Source: an uncultured Acidobacteriaceae bacterium | GTDB taxonomy: Bacteria; Acidobacteriota; Terriglobia; Terriglobales; Acidobacteriaceae | Assembly: GCA_964243395.1 (NCBI GenBank) | Contig: CAXTFS010000002.1 | Coordinates: 1-35,203, forward strand | Reading direction: 5' to 3' | Length of the DNA: 35,203 bases | Shown: positions 26,447-35,203 of the stretch, in pieces | Position numbering within the stretch: position 1 is the first letter of the stretch | Layout of the letters: every line of letters begins with the position of its first letter | Made by a program: the position numbers and the translations under genes | Notes under the pieces: model-generated | Database searches by the model: none | Told to the model about the DNA's origin: nothing | What the model saw: the letters and a program-made list of their open reading frames with translations, nothing else

Positions 26447-28018
26447 ATGCCTCACGCAATTAGAAGGAACCGCTCCGAAAAACACGTAGTCATCGTAGGT
26501 GCAGGTCCAGGGGGACTGGCTTCGGCCATGTTGCTGGCGCGCTCCGGCGTGCGCGTCACCATTGTTGAGCGGCACGCCCGCGTTGGTGGCAGAACCGCAA
26601 CTTTTGCGCAGGATGGGTATAAGTTCGACATTGGACCCACATTTTTTCTCTACCCGCGCGTATTGAAAGAGATCTTTTCCGATGCCGGATTCGACCTCGA
26701 TCGAGAGGTGCCGATGCACCGTCTCGATCCGCAGTACCGCCTCATCTTCGGGTCGGGTGGGCAGATGGACGCAACCCCAGACATCGAGCGCATGGAACGT
26801 GAAATCGCCGCGATTTCACCAGGCGATGCACTAAAATTCCGCGGCTTTCTAGAGCACAACCGCCACAAGCTGGCGAGCTTCCTTCCCTTCCTGGAGTCAC
26901 CGTTTGAGAGCTGGACGGACCTGCTGAAGCCGGACATGCTGAAGCTGCTTCCCCTCCTGAAGCCGTGGCTGTCGCTGGATGGTGATCTGCGCACCCACTT
27001 CAGTGATGAACGGATACGGTTGGGCTTCAGCTTCCAGTCAAAGTACCTCGGTATGAGCCCGTTTCGGTGCCCTTCGCTGTTCTCCATTCTTTCGTTCCTT
27101 GAATACGAGCATGGCGTGTTCCATCCGGTCGGTGGTTGCGGTGCGGTGACCTCCACCATGGCCCGTTTAGCCGAGCAGATGGGTGTAGAAATTCTGCTGG
27201 ATGAACCAGTGGAGGAGTTACTGGTTGAAGGTGGCGAAGCGCGCGGCGTCCGCACCGCACAACGCACCCTGCACGCCGACGCCGTTGTAGTAAATGCCGA
27301 TTTCGCTGAGGCCATGCAGAAGCTGCTGCCCGGCAAACATCGCCGACGGTGGACAGACAAGCGTATTGCTGGGAAACGTTTCTCCTGCTCCACCTTCATG
27401 ATGTATCTGGGCATTGAAGGCCGGTACGACGATGTTGCTCATCACACGATCTATCTTGCAAAAGATTACAAGCAGAACTTACGAGATATCGAGAGTTCGC
27501 ATCGTCTGTCGGAAGAACCAAGCTTCTATGTGCAGAACGCCAGCGTGACCGATCCGACGCTTGCCCCGAAGGGCCACTCCACCCTGTATGTGCTTCTTCC
27601 CGTGACGCACGAGGTTGAAGGCATCAACTGGGAACAGGAGCAGCAGCGCTTCCGTGCCCTTGCCCTGAAGCAGATTGAGAAGATTGGCCTGACGAATGTA
27701 GAGGAGCGCATCTGCACCGAACGCATCCTGACGCCGCGTGGCTGGCGTGATGAGTTTGGCTTGCACAAGGGCGCGACGTTCTCCATGGCGCACTCGCTTG
27801 GACAGATGCTGCACCTTCGGCCGCACAATCGCTTCGAGGATGTGCGCGGGATGTACCTCGTTGGCGGTGGGACCCACCCGGGTTCAGGGCTGCCGGTCAT
27901 CTTTCAGTCGGCGCGCATCTCCTCACGTCTTCTGCTTCAAGATCTCGGGATTGAGCCGCAGTGGCACAGCTCGATGGCGACAGCCCTGGCCGAAGATCTT
28001 GTCCAGGTAGGATCATGA
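26447..28018 (+). CDS. crtN: Phytoene-desaturase family, CrtN-type (4,4'-diapophytoene desaturase)
   Basis: GAGPGGL Rossmann motif, FDIGPTFF, FSFQSKYLGMSP, EYEHGVFHP.GG, GGGTHPGSGLP. Confidence 0.82.
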   Translation: MPHAIRRNRSEKHVVIVGAGPGGLASAMLLARSGVRVTIVERHARVGGRTATFAQDGYKFDIGPTFFLYPRVLKEIFSDAGFDLDREVPMHRLDPQYRLIFGSGGQMDATPDIERMEREIAAISPGDALKFRGFLEHNRHKLASFLPFLESPFESWTDLLKPDMLKLLPLLKPWLSLDGDLRTHFSDERIRLGFSFQSKYLGMSPFRCPSLFSILSFLEYEHGVFHPVGGCGAVTSTMARLAEQMGVEILLDEPVEELLVEGGEARGVRTAQRTLHADAVVVNADFAEAMQKLLPGKHRRRWTDKRIAGKRFSCSTFMMYLGIEGRYDDVAHHTIYLAKDYKQNLRDIESSHRLSEEPSFYVQNASVTDPTLAPKGHSTLYVLLPVTHEVEGINWEQEQQRFRALALKQIEKIGLTNVEERICTERILTPRGWRDEFGLHKGATFSMAHSLGQMLHLRPHNRFEDVRGMYLVGGGTHPGSGLPVIFQSARISSRLLLQDLGIEPQWHSSMATALAEDLVQVGS

Positions 28019-29568
28019 GTTGGGTAGCCGAGCCGGCAGTCGTGGCGGGCGGCCCTGCCCGGGCCGAGGCCGCAACCATGTCACCGAAAGACAAGACCCA
28101 GGACGAGACCTATACGAGCATCGAAGCCTGCGACGGCACGTGCTCGCTCGAAACCGCAAAGACGTCAGAGCCGGTGCTCATCGAAGCGCAGCGCCGCTGG
28201 GCTGCTCGCCCGCTAGGAGAGCGCCTCCAGGTCCTTCGGCGCGCTCGTCATGCAATGGCAACCCACGCTTCTGCGTTTGCCAAAGCGATCTCCCCTGCTT
28301 TATCGCGTTCGGAAGCCGATACCCTTATCGCTGAGCTGCTGCCCCTGCTCGATGCCATGCGCTTTCTGGAGCGTCAGGCCCGGCGCATCCTGGCGCCCCG
28401 TGTGCTCGGCAGTAAGGGCCGGCCGCTTTGGCTGACCGGTGTGCGTTCTGAGGTCCATCGCGAGCCGCTGGGACACATTCTCGTCATTGCGCCCGCAAAT
28501 TTTCCGCTATTTCTGCCAGGTGTGCAGGTTGTGCAGGCGCTTGCAGCCGGCAATGCTGTGACCTGGAAGCCCGGCGAAGGTGGCGCAAAGATCGCCGGCC
28601 TTATGGCCTTCGCTCTGCAGCAGGCCGGCTTGCCGCGGGGTGTGCTCCACATCACCGAGGAGAGCGTGGAAGCAGCCCGCTCGGCCCTGGCTCGGCAACC
28701 TGACAAGGTCATCTTCACAGGATCTTTCCGGGGCGGCCAAGCCGTTCTCGCCACCGCTGCGGAGAACGCCATACCCGCCGTTGTCGAGCTCTCCGGAGCC
28801 GACGCTGTGGTGGTACTGCCGTCAGCCGACCTGAACGTTGCAGCAAAGGCGATCGCCTTCGGTCTGCGCCTGAATGGTGGTGAGGTCTGCATGTCGCCGC
28901 GGCGTTTGCTCGGCACCTCGGAAACGCTGCGGGCACTGCGTCCCCTGCTGGACCGGGAGCTTGCCAAGATCCCGCCAGTGGTGCTGAAGCCGCGTACCGC
29001 AGACCTGTTACGCGAGCTCGCGGGAGACGCCCTGTTGCGTGGCGCGACGCTCGCCGGCGATGTGACGCCGGAGGCGCAACGGCCGTTGTTGATTGAGAAG
29101 GCTCGACCGGAGATGGCAATCACACGCAGCGACCTGTTTGCGCCGGTGCTGTCCGTGCTCCAGGTGCCGAGCACACTGCATCTGGCCGAGGCCGTGAACG
29201 ACTGTCCGTTTGCCCTCGCGGCTGCGATCTTCGGCAATGGGCGCGAAGCACGTGCTCTTGGGGAGCTGTTGCGTGTGGGCACTGTGCTCATCAACGACCT
29301 GATTGCGCCCACGGCGGATCCGCGGGTGCCCTTTGGCGGGCGGGGGCGGAGCGGCTACGGCGTGACGCGTGGTGCGGAAGGCCTGCTGGAGATGACCGCG
29401 GTGAAGACGGTGCTTGTTCGCCGCAAAGGGACGACCAGGCAGTACGAGCCAATGGGTGCTTCGGAACTGCCGCTGTTCCTTGGCCTGCTCGGTGTGCTGC
29501 ACGGTGGCTCGCTGGCACAGCGGTGGAAGGGCCTGCGTGGTGTTGTCGCCGCCGGGCGCTCACGATAA
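28015..29568 (+). CDS. aldH: Aldehyde dehydrogenase, probable diapocarotenoid aldehyde dehydrogenase
   Basis: APANFP, WKP, FTGS, ELSG (catalytic Glu), NGGEVC (catalytic Cys), PFGG.G.SGYG; ATGA overlap with crtN. Confidence 0.8.
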   Translation: MSWVAEPAVVAGGPARAEAATMSPKDKTQDETYTSIEACDGTCSLETAKTSEPVLIEAQRRWAARPLGERLQVLRRARHAMATHASAFAKAISPALSRSEADTLIAELLPLLDAMRFLERQARRILAPRVLGSKGRPLWLTGVRSEVHREPLGHILVIAPANFPLFLPGVQVVQALAAGNAVTWKPGEGGAKIAGLMAFALQQAGLPRGVLHITEESVEAARSALARQPDKVIFTGSFRGGQAVLATAAENAIPAVVELSGADAVVVLPSADLNVAAKAIAFGLRLNGGEVCMSPRRLLGTSETLRALRPLLDRELAKIPPVVLKPRTADLLRELAGDALLRGATLAGDVTPEAQRPLLIEKARPEMAITRSDLFAPVLSVLQVPSTLHLAEAVNDCPFALAAAIFGNGREARALGELLRVGTVLINDLIAPTADPRVPFGGRGRSGYGVTRGAEGLLEMTAVKTVLVRRKGTTRQYEPMGASELPLFLGLLGVLHGGSLAQRWKGLRGVVAAGRSR

Positions 29569-29612
29569 GGCAGGTCGGCGTTCCTACCTGCAATGGGATT
29601 GAGGAGTTTGTG

Positions 29613-31151
29613 ATGCGAGTTGGAATCATCGGTTCAGGGTTAGCGGGATTGGCAGCAGCATGCACATCCGCGGCGCGCGGGCACAGCGTGACGGTGTTTG
29701 AGAAGAACTCCTGGCTCGGGGGCAAGGCAGCACAGTTGCAGGAGGAAGGTTTCCGCTTCGATATGGGGCCGACCATCCTGATTCAGCCCTCCATGCTGCG
29801 CAAGATCTTCGCCGAGGCCGGCCGCAATCTCGACGACTACGTCACGATGGTTCGCCTGGATCCGCAGTGGCGCTGCTTCTTCGACAACGGCGCAGTTATT
29901 GATCTGCTCGACGACGAGAGCACGATGATTGCCAACCTCGAAGCACGCTGGCCCGGGATGGGCAAGGGCTACAAGCGCCTTATGGAGCTCTCCGAGAATC
30001 TCCACGAGATCTCCGACAAGTTCTTCTTCTGGAAGAGTGTTGGCGGCATGAAGGACACCTTTGAGGTCAAGGGTGCCTTTGACGTGAAGGTGCTCAAAGA
30101 TGTAATGCGCATGCGGCTTGGCAAGACAGTTGCCGGTACGATCCGCGAGTTCATCTCTGAGCCTGAGACCGCGCAGATGCTGGACCATATGGTGCAGTAT
30201 GTGGGTTCGTCGCCAGATGCCTCACCCGCGATCCTGACCGCCATCGGTCATATGCAGATGCAGGAAGGTATCTGGTATCCCATGGGCGGCACGCGCGCCG
30301 TGCCTGAGGCGATGGTGAAGCTTGCTACCGAGCTTGGTGTGATCTTCCACACCGACACCGATGTGGAGCGCATTCTCACCGAGGACACCGGCGGCCACAC
30401 GCACGTCTCCGGGCTGCTCACAACCACCGGGGAGCAGTACCGGTTCGACGCCATCGTGAGCAATGAAGACGCGGTGCGCACGCATCGTGAGCTACTCAGC
30501 CGCACTCCCGCCGCACGCAAGTTCGATCATGCGCGCAAGTATGAGCCGGCGTGCTCTGGCGTTGTCCTGTACCTCGGGCTCAAGGAGCAGTATGAGCACC
30601 TGGCGCACCATGACTTTGTCTTCTCGCGCGATCCGCATGAGGAGTTCCACGCCATCTACGACGAGGGTGTGCCCGCACCGGATCCAACCTGCTATCTCGC
30701 GTGTACCGCCGCGACCGACCCACGCAGCGCACCCGCAGGCGGCGAGGCCATGTATGTTCTGGTCCACACGCCGTATCTGCGCCCCGGGCAGGACTGGACC
30801 AAGATGTTCCCCGCGTACCGTCAGGTCATCCTGGACAAGTTGAAGCGCACCGCGGGCTGCACCGACATTGAAGACCGCATCGTCTTCGAGCGTGCGCTGA
30901 CGCCGCAGGATATCCACGAACGCTACCGCGTGCTAAATGGTGCAATCTACGGCATCAGCTCACATGGTCGCTTTCAAGGAGCCTTCAAACCAGCCAACCG
31001 GTCGCGTGAGTTGGCAGGACTGTACCTCGCAGGGGGCGCGGCACACCCGGGTCCCGGTATGCCAATGGTGATGATGTCTGGATGGATTGCCGCGGATTCA
31101 CTGGACGCCGACGCCAAGTCCGCCGATCGACGCACACCGGCATACGCCTGA
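29613..31151 (+). CDS. crtP: CrtP/CrtNb-type diapocarotene oxidase (CrtI superfamily)
   Basis: GSGLAGL, FDMGPTIL, QYVGSSP..SPAIL..IGHMQ..EGIWYP.GG, GAIYG, GGAAHPGPGMPMV; GAGGAG SD. Confidence 0.82.
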   Translation: MRVGIIGSGLAGLAAACTSAARGHSVTVFEKNSWLGGKAAQLQEEGFRFDMGPTILIQPSMLRKIFAEAGRNLDDYVTMVRLDPQWRCFFDNGAVIDLLDDESTMIANLEARWPGMGKGYKRLMELSENLHEISDKFFFWKSVGGMKDTFEVKGAFDVKVLKDVMRMRLGKTVAGTIREFISEPETAQMLDHMVQYVGSSPDASPAILTAIGHMQMQEGIWYPMGGTRAVPEAMVKLATELGVIFHTDTDVERILTEDTGGHTHVSGLLTTTGEQYRFDAIVSNEDAVRTHRELLSRTPAARKFDHARKYEPACSGVVLYLGLKEQYEHLAHHDFVFSRDPHEEFHAIYDEGVPAPDPTCYLACTAATDPRSAPAGGEAMYVLVHTPYLRPGQDWTKMFPAYRQVILDKLKRTAGCTDIEDRIVFERALTPQDIHERYRVLNGAIYGISSHGRFQGAFKPANRSRELAGLYLAGGAAHPGPGMPMVMMSGWIAADSLDADAKSADRRTPAYA

Positions 31152-31197
31152 GTCTGCGGCGAAATTCAGCGGTCGCAGGCGCGGCGTAGCATAGGGT

Positions 31198-31980
31198 ATG
31201 CCGTTGCAGCGTTCCCTTCCCAGCATCTCTCCTCTTGCCCTAAGGCTCTTCCGGCGTGTGGTGCGGCGCTACTTTCGACGGCATTTTCGTGACATTCTGG
31301 CACAATTTCCGGAGCGCCTGAAGGCACAGTCCGGACCTCTGATCGTCTACGGCAATCACTCGTCGTGGTGGGATCCCATGCTGCTTGTTTTTCTTGGAGA
31401 GACGCTGTTGCCCGGCCGCCGGCACTACGCCCCGATGGATAGCCGCGCGCTCGCGCAGTATCCCATTCTGCGGAAGCTGGGCATCTTCCCGGTGGAGATG
31501 TCTTCCACACGGGGAGCCGCGCAGTTTCTGCGCACCGCCGAAGCCATCCTGCAGGACGGCGGCGTGCTTTGGCTTACGCCGCAGGGGCGCTTTGCCGATC
31601 CCCGCGAGTTCCCGTTGGCGTTTAAACCTGGGCTCGCCTCGCTCGCGATGCGCCTGCCGCAGATCCCGCTGGTACCGCTTGCGATCGAGTACACGTTCTG
31701 GGATGAGCGCCTGCCCGAAACGCTGATTCGGTTTGGCGAGCCCGCACACGTTACACCGGACAGCACCACCGCCGAAGCGACACGCCAACTCGAAAATGGC
31801 CTCGCCGACGCTATGTATAGCCTGCAGGCGGCTGCCATGACGCGGGATCCAACGCGCTTCGAAGTGTTGTTTACGGGCGCACGCGGAACCGGTGGAGCCT
31901 ATGCGCTGATTCGGCGCCTCCGGGCGATGCTGCACGGGCGCCGGCCGACGCTGGACCACACGCAACGGGACGGGGTATAG
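31198..31980 (+). CDS. PlsC-like (LPLAT) acyltransferase, probable carotenoid-glycoside acyltransferase
   Basis: NHSSWWD (HxxxxD), TPQG, FKPG, VPLA.EY; lies between crtP and crtQ. Confidence 0.85.
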   Translation: MPLQRSLPSISPLALRLFRRVVRRYFRRHFRDILAQFPERLKAQSGPLIVYGNHSSWWDPMLLVFLGETLLPGRRHYAPMDSRALAQYPILRKLGIFPVEMSSTRGAAQFLRTAEAILQDGGVLWLTPQGRFADPREFPLAFKPGLASLAMRLPQIPLVPLAIEYTFWDERLPETLIRFGEPAHVTPDSTTAEATRQLENGLADAMYSLQAAAMTRDPTRFEVLFTGARGTGGAYALIRRLRAMLHGRRPTLDHTQRDGV

Positions 31981-32025
31981 CGCGTTGCCAACACGGAGAC
32001 ATGCGGTCGTGGGAGAATAGCGCCG

Positions 32026-33237
32026 ATGCTCACGGACGTGGTGATTGCACTTTCGGCGTTGTGCGCGGTGGTGCCGGCGCTGCTGTTTTGCGTGAACCTG
32101 CGACGCTATCGGCTACCGGCGCCGGCGGCAGCGGTTGGAGCCCACTCCATCTCCGTGCTGATCCCGGCCCGCAATGAAGAGGCCAACATCGGCACGGCGC
32201 TGCTCTGTGTTCTGGCGAGCCACAACGTCGACATGGAAGTGCTGGTGCTGGACGACGATTCAACCGACCGCACCGGGGACATCGTGCGATCAGTAGCGGC
32301 AACGGACCCACGCGTGCGGCTGGTGTGTGGTCGCGGATTGCCCCCCGGATGGAACGGCAAACAGCATGCCTGCTGGGTGCTCGCCGGTGAATCATCGAAC
32401 GACCTTCTGGTGTTCCTTGATGCGGATGTACGCGTCGCGCCAGCCTTGCTCCAGCGCATGGCAAGCTTTCGTCAGGGCGCAAAGGCTTCCCTGGTGTCAG
32501 GCTTTCCGCAGTTGATCACGGAGACGTGGCTGGAGCAATTGCTTCTGCCGCTGATCCACTTTGTGCTACTCGGCTTTTTGCCAATGGGCTCCATGCGGCG
32601 CTCGACGCGAGCCTCGTTCGCCGCCGGTTGTGGCCAGTTCATGATGGTGGATCGTACGACCTACTTCGCGAGCGGCGGACATGGCGCTCTGCGCGAGACC
32701 ATGCACGATGGCTTGATGTTGCCCCGTTGCGTGCGCAGCGCCGGCTACAAGACCGATCTTGCCGATATTACCGAGTTGGCCAGTGTGCGCATGTACGACT
32801 CGGCTGTGAAGGTGTGGTTTGGCCTGGCAAAGAATGCCACGGAAGGCATTGCGAGCGCGGGTAAAATCCTGCCGTTGACCGCAATCCTGCTCGCAGGGCA
32901 GGTCCTGCCGGCAATCCTTGCCGTCGCCATCATCTTCGGCTTCGTGTGGGTGTCCCTTCTGGGCAAAGGGCCCGGGGTGAGTGCGCAAATCCACGCACCG
33001 CGTGCAGTTCTGTGGATGGCGGCGACGCTTGTGGTCAGCCTGATTGCGAGCTATCTTCCACGCTTGCTGGCAGTGCGTCGCTTTCACCAGCCGCTGCGAT
33101 CGGCGCTGCTGCATCCGCTCGGGATTTTGTTGCTGCTTGCGGTGCAGTGGTACGCCCTGGGGCGCAAGGTGTTTGGCAGGCCGGTGGGCTGGCGTCAGCG
33201 AACCTACTCAAGCGAGACCGGCACACAGGTTGGTTAG
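32026..33237 (+). CDS. crtQ: GT2 glycosyltransferase, CrtQ-like
   Basis: IPARNEE, DDDSTD.T, GW.GKQHAC, FLDAD, GCGQF, GGH, RMY; N- and C-terminal TMs. Confidence 0.8.
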   Translation: MLTDVVIALSALCAVVPALLFCVNLRRYRLPAPAAAVGAHSISVLIPARNEEANIGTALLCVLASHNVDMEVLVLDDDSTDRTGDIVRSVAATDPRVRLVCGRGLPPGWNGKQHACWVLAGESSNDLLVFLDADVRVAPALLQRMASFRQGAKASLVSGFPQLITETWLEQLLLPLIHFVLLGFLPMGSMRRSTRASFAAGCGQFMMVDRTTYFASGGHGALRETMHDGLMLPRCVRSAGYKTDLADITELASVRMYDSAVKVWFGLAKNATEGIASAGKILPLTAILLAGQVLPAILAVAIIFGFVWVSLLGKGPGVSAQIHAPRAVLWMAATLVVSLIASYLPRLLAVRRFHQPLRSALLHPLGILLLLAVQWYALGRKVFGRPVGWRQRTYSSETGTQVG

Positions 33238-33241
33238 CGCT

Positions 33242-33625
33242 TCACGCCGACTCGTAGTAACGCGCGAAGCTCGTGTCCGTCTCGTAGATCGTGCAGTCTT
33301 TTACGCGAACGCGGCCGACGGTCATCGTGTGCAGTTCGGTTGCGGTGCGATCGAAGAAGAACTTTGCCAGGTTTTCGGCCGATGGATTCAGCGTGGTGAA
33401 CGGCTCGAGGTCATTGATCATCTGGTGATCGAGAAAGTCGACGGTGGGTTTGAGCACCTGCTTCAGCAGCTTGAAATCGAGCAAAAGGCCGTTTGATTCC
33501 AGTTCCGCGCCGACCAGTGTGACGAGCACGCGATAGTTGTGGCCGTGCGGGTTCTCACACTTGCCGTAGTAGTCGCGAAGGTAGTGGCCGGACGAAAAAC
33601 CGGCCTGCACGGTGACCTCAAACAT
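33242..33625 (-). CDS. queD: 6-carboxy-5,6,7,8-tetrahydropterin synthase
   Basis: FSSGHYL, CENPHGHNY, LDF, LDH, NPSAENLA, YET; AGGAG SD. Confidence 0.92.
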   Translation of the reverse strand: MFEVTVQAGFSSGHYLRDYYGKCENPHGHNYRVLVTLVGAELESNGLLLDFKLLKQVLKPTVDFLDHQMINDLEPFTTLNPSAENLAKFFFDRTATELHTMTVGRVRVKDCTIYETDTSFARYYESA

Positions 33626-33674
33626 GGTGGCGGCTGCACTCCTGGAAGCAGGGGGAAAGGTTTCGCTTTGGCAT

Positions 33675-33962
33675 TTAGTGATTCGGGCTCTTGGACCCGG
33701 GATCCGTCCGGCTGTCAGCACGGCGTTTCTGTTCGCGCTCCCGCTCGGCGCGGCGCTCCGCCTGCTCGAAGAGCGAAGACAGGATGCCCGCGAGCGCAAC
33801 GATGAGCGCTACCGCAATCAGGGCGATGCCTGTGGTGCGCCACAGCGAGGCATCCCCGGGCGAGCCCGCCGTGTCGCCCGCGATGTTGGTGAAGCTGAGC
33901 ACGACGGAGATGGTGGCCAGGGTGCCGAGCGTGCCCGCGAGGATGTAGAGGTTGCGTCCCAT
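33675..33962 (-). CDS. Small two-TM hypothetical membrane protein
   Basis: Two hydrophobic segments and a charged tail (LFEQAERR); upstream of queD on the same strand. Confidence 0.65.
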   Translation of the reverse strand: MGRNLYILAGTLGTLATISVVLSFTNIAGDTAGSPGDASLWRTTGIALIAVALIVALAGILSSLFEQAERRAEREREQKRRADSRTDPGSKSPNH

Positions 33963-34059
33963 ACGCCTGCCCTAAGGATACGCACTCTGGGGGGAGCCAA
34001 ACAGTCTGGGCCAGGGTCCGTGTGCGCGTAACGCACCCCTTCCTCAGCAAAAACCTTGT

Positions 34060-35115
34060 ATGCGGCGTCTGTTTGGTACGACCATGGGACGAGCGAGGCC
34101 ACACCGTATGCATCCGACCGGCAACCGTACGTGCGTGACCTTTGTGGCCCTGCTGCTCCTGTGTGCCTTCGGCAGCCATGCGCAGACTGCCGCAGATCCC
34201 CTCCTGACTCCAATCCTGAACCCGATCCTGGATCATCCGGATCCCTTCATCACGCCTCATCCGGTGAATGGGCGATACCTGTTGCTGGCGTCCGCGATGG
34301 AGAACATCACGATCTGGAGTGGCAGGTCCGTGCCGACCGCGGCGTCGCAGGCAACCGTCGTGTTTCGGCCAACCGACAGCATGCGCGAGATCTGGTCGCC
34401 TACGCTGTGGAAGCTGGCAGGCAGGTGGTGGATCTATTTCACCGCACGCGAGGCGGGCAAAGAGCACGCTATCTATGCTTTGGAGTCCGATACGGCAGAC
34501 CCGCTGGGCACATACAGCTTCGAGGGCGCGCTCCCGCTTGGCCGGCCGGCAATCGATCCATCGCTGTTGACGGTAGCGGGCGTGAACTACCTGATGTACG
34601 TTACGGTCGATGGTGGGGCGAACGAGATCCACGCTGTGCGCCTCGCCGCCCCGATGCAGCCAAGCGGCGAAGCTGCGCTGATCGCCAGGCCCGAGTACCC
34701 GTGGGAACAAGGTGCAGGGAGCACAAAAACGTATCCGGTGAACGAAGGCCCAACGGCGCTGTACCACGCCGGCAAGACCTTCATCGTGTACTCGGCTTCC
34801 GACACCGCCTCACCCGCGTATTGCCTAGGGCTGCTGCAGTTCAAGGGCGGCGACCCGCTGCGAGCGGGAGCCTGGGTGAAGTCTCCTCAGCCGGTATTTA
34901 CGGCCTCCCCGGCGCACGGCATCTATGGGCCCGGACGCGGCACCTTTGCGCAGGGAGCTGATGGCGCCGACTGGTTGCTGTATGCAGCGAGGACGAGTGC
35001 AACGCCCACTGAGGCGGGTCGCGCGACGAGGGCGCAACGGTTTACCTGGGCCGCAAACGGGATGCCGGAGTTCGGCCAACCGCTGCCCGACGGGCCAATC
35101 ACCACGGCGAAGTAG
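34060..35115 (+). CDS. Secreted GH43 glycoside hydrolase (arabinofuranosidase/xylosidase-like); start may be 34084 or 34108
   Basis: Signal peptide; catalytic motifs HPDPF (base), AIDP (pKa modulator), VNEGP (acid); YSAS, Y.LGLL. Confidence 0.88.
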   Translation: MRRLFGTTMGRARPHRMHPTGNRTCVTFVALLLLCAFGSHAQTAADPLLTPILNPILDHPDPFITPHPVNGRYLLLASAMENITIWSGRSVPTAASQATVVFRPTDSMREIWSPTLWKLAGRWWIYFTAREAGKEHAIYALESDTADPLGTYSFEGALPLGRPAIDPSLLTVAGVNYLMYVTVDGGANEIHAVRLAAPMQPSGEAALIARPEYPWEQGAGSTKTYPVNEGPTALYHAGKTFIVYSASDTASPAYCLGLLQFKGGDPLRAGAWVKSPQPVFTASPAHGIYGPGRGTFAQGADGADWLLYAARTSATPTEAGRATRAQRFTWAANGMPEFGQPLPDGPITTAK

Positions 35116-35203
35116 CTTCGTGTCGACTACAGGCGACATCAGTGTTCCGTTCCGACCGGTTCTGCATAGGATCGCTGTACCTTTACTTTCCGGTGGATAA
35201 CCC

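Noticed and set aside
33626-33700. preQ1 riboswitch upstream of queD
   Set aside because: No preQ1 stem-loop with an A-rich tail is visible; the gap to the upstream gene is only about 50 nt.
1-35203. Mobile elements, prophage, defence systems, tRNA/rRNA
   Set aside because: No transposase, integrase, phage, nuclease or structural RNA signatures recognised.

Overview
GC-rich, gene-dense bacterial chromosomal segment. Gene content and style suggest an Acidobacteriaceae-like genome (inference). About 33 CDSs can be supported; I see no rRNA, tRNA, CRISPR array or mobile element. Left part: a minus-strand envelope cluster (uppP, apparently cut by a premature TGA; secreted TPR protein; DUF3999-like protein) headed by a 24-bp x 8.7 tandem array that reads as an (E-A-L-A-A-W-S/F-P)n peptide overlapping the DUF3999 start. 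Divergent from it lie a REC-Hpt protein, a NarL-type regulator and ypdA. Middle: ABC-2 exporter, MRJP-like propeller, AroD-AroE fusion, M3 peptidase, VKOR, hydrolases, Ser/Thr dehydratase and a CPA1 antiporter. Right part: a stress-protection block with two tandem treZ paralogues (one with altered motifs), two very acidic small proteins, a DUF1440 protein and a C30 carotenoid glycosyl-ester operon (crtN-aldH-crtP-acyltransferase-crtQ) lacking crtM, then queD and a GH43. The most striking unexplained signal is a recurring, correctly oriented RCATCnnA motif upstream of many of these genes. In four cases it lies exactly 6 nt before an in-frame start codon, suggesting an alternative-sigma (stress) regulon with leaderless transcripts.
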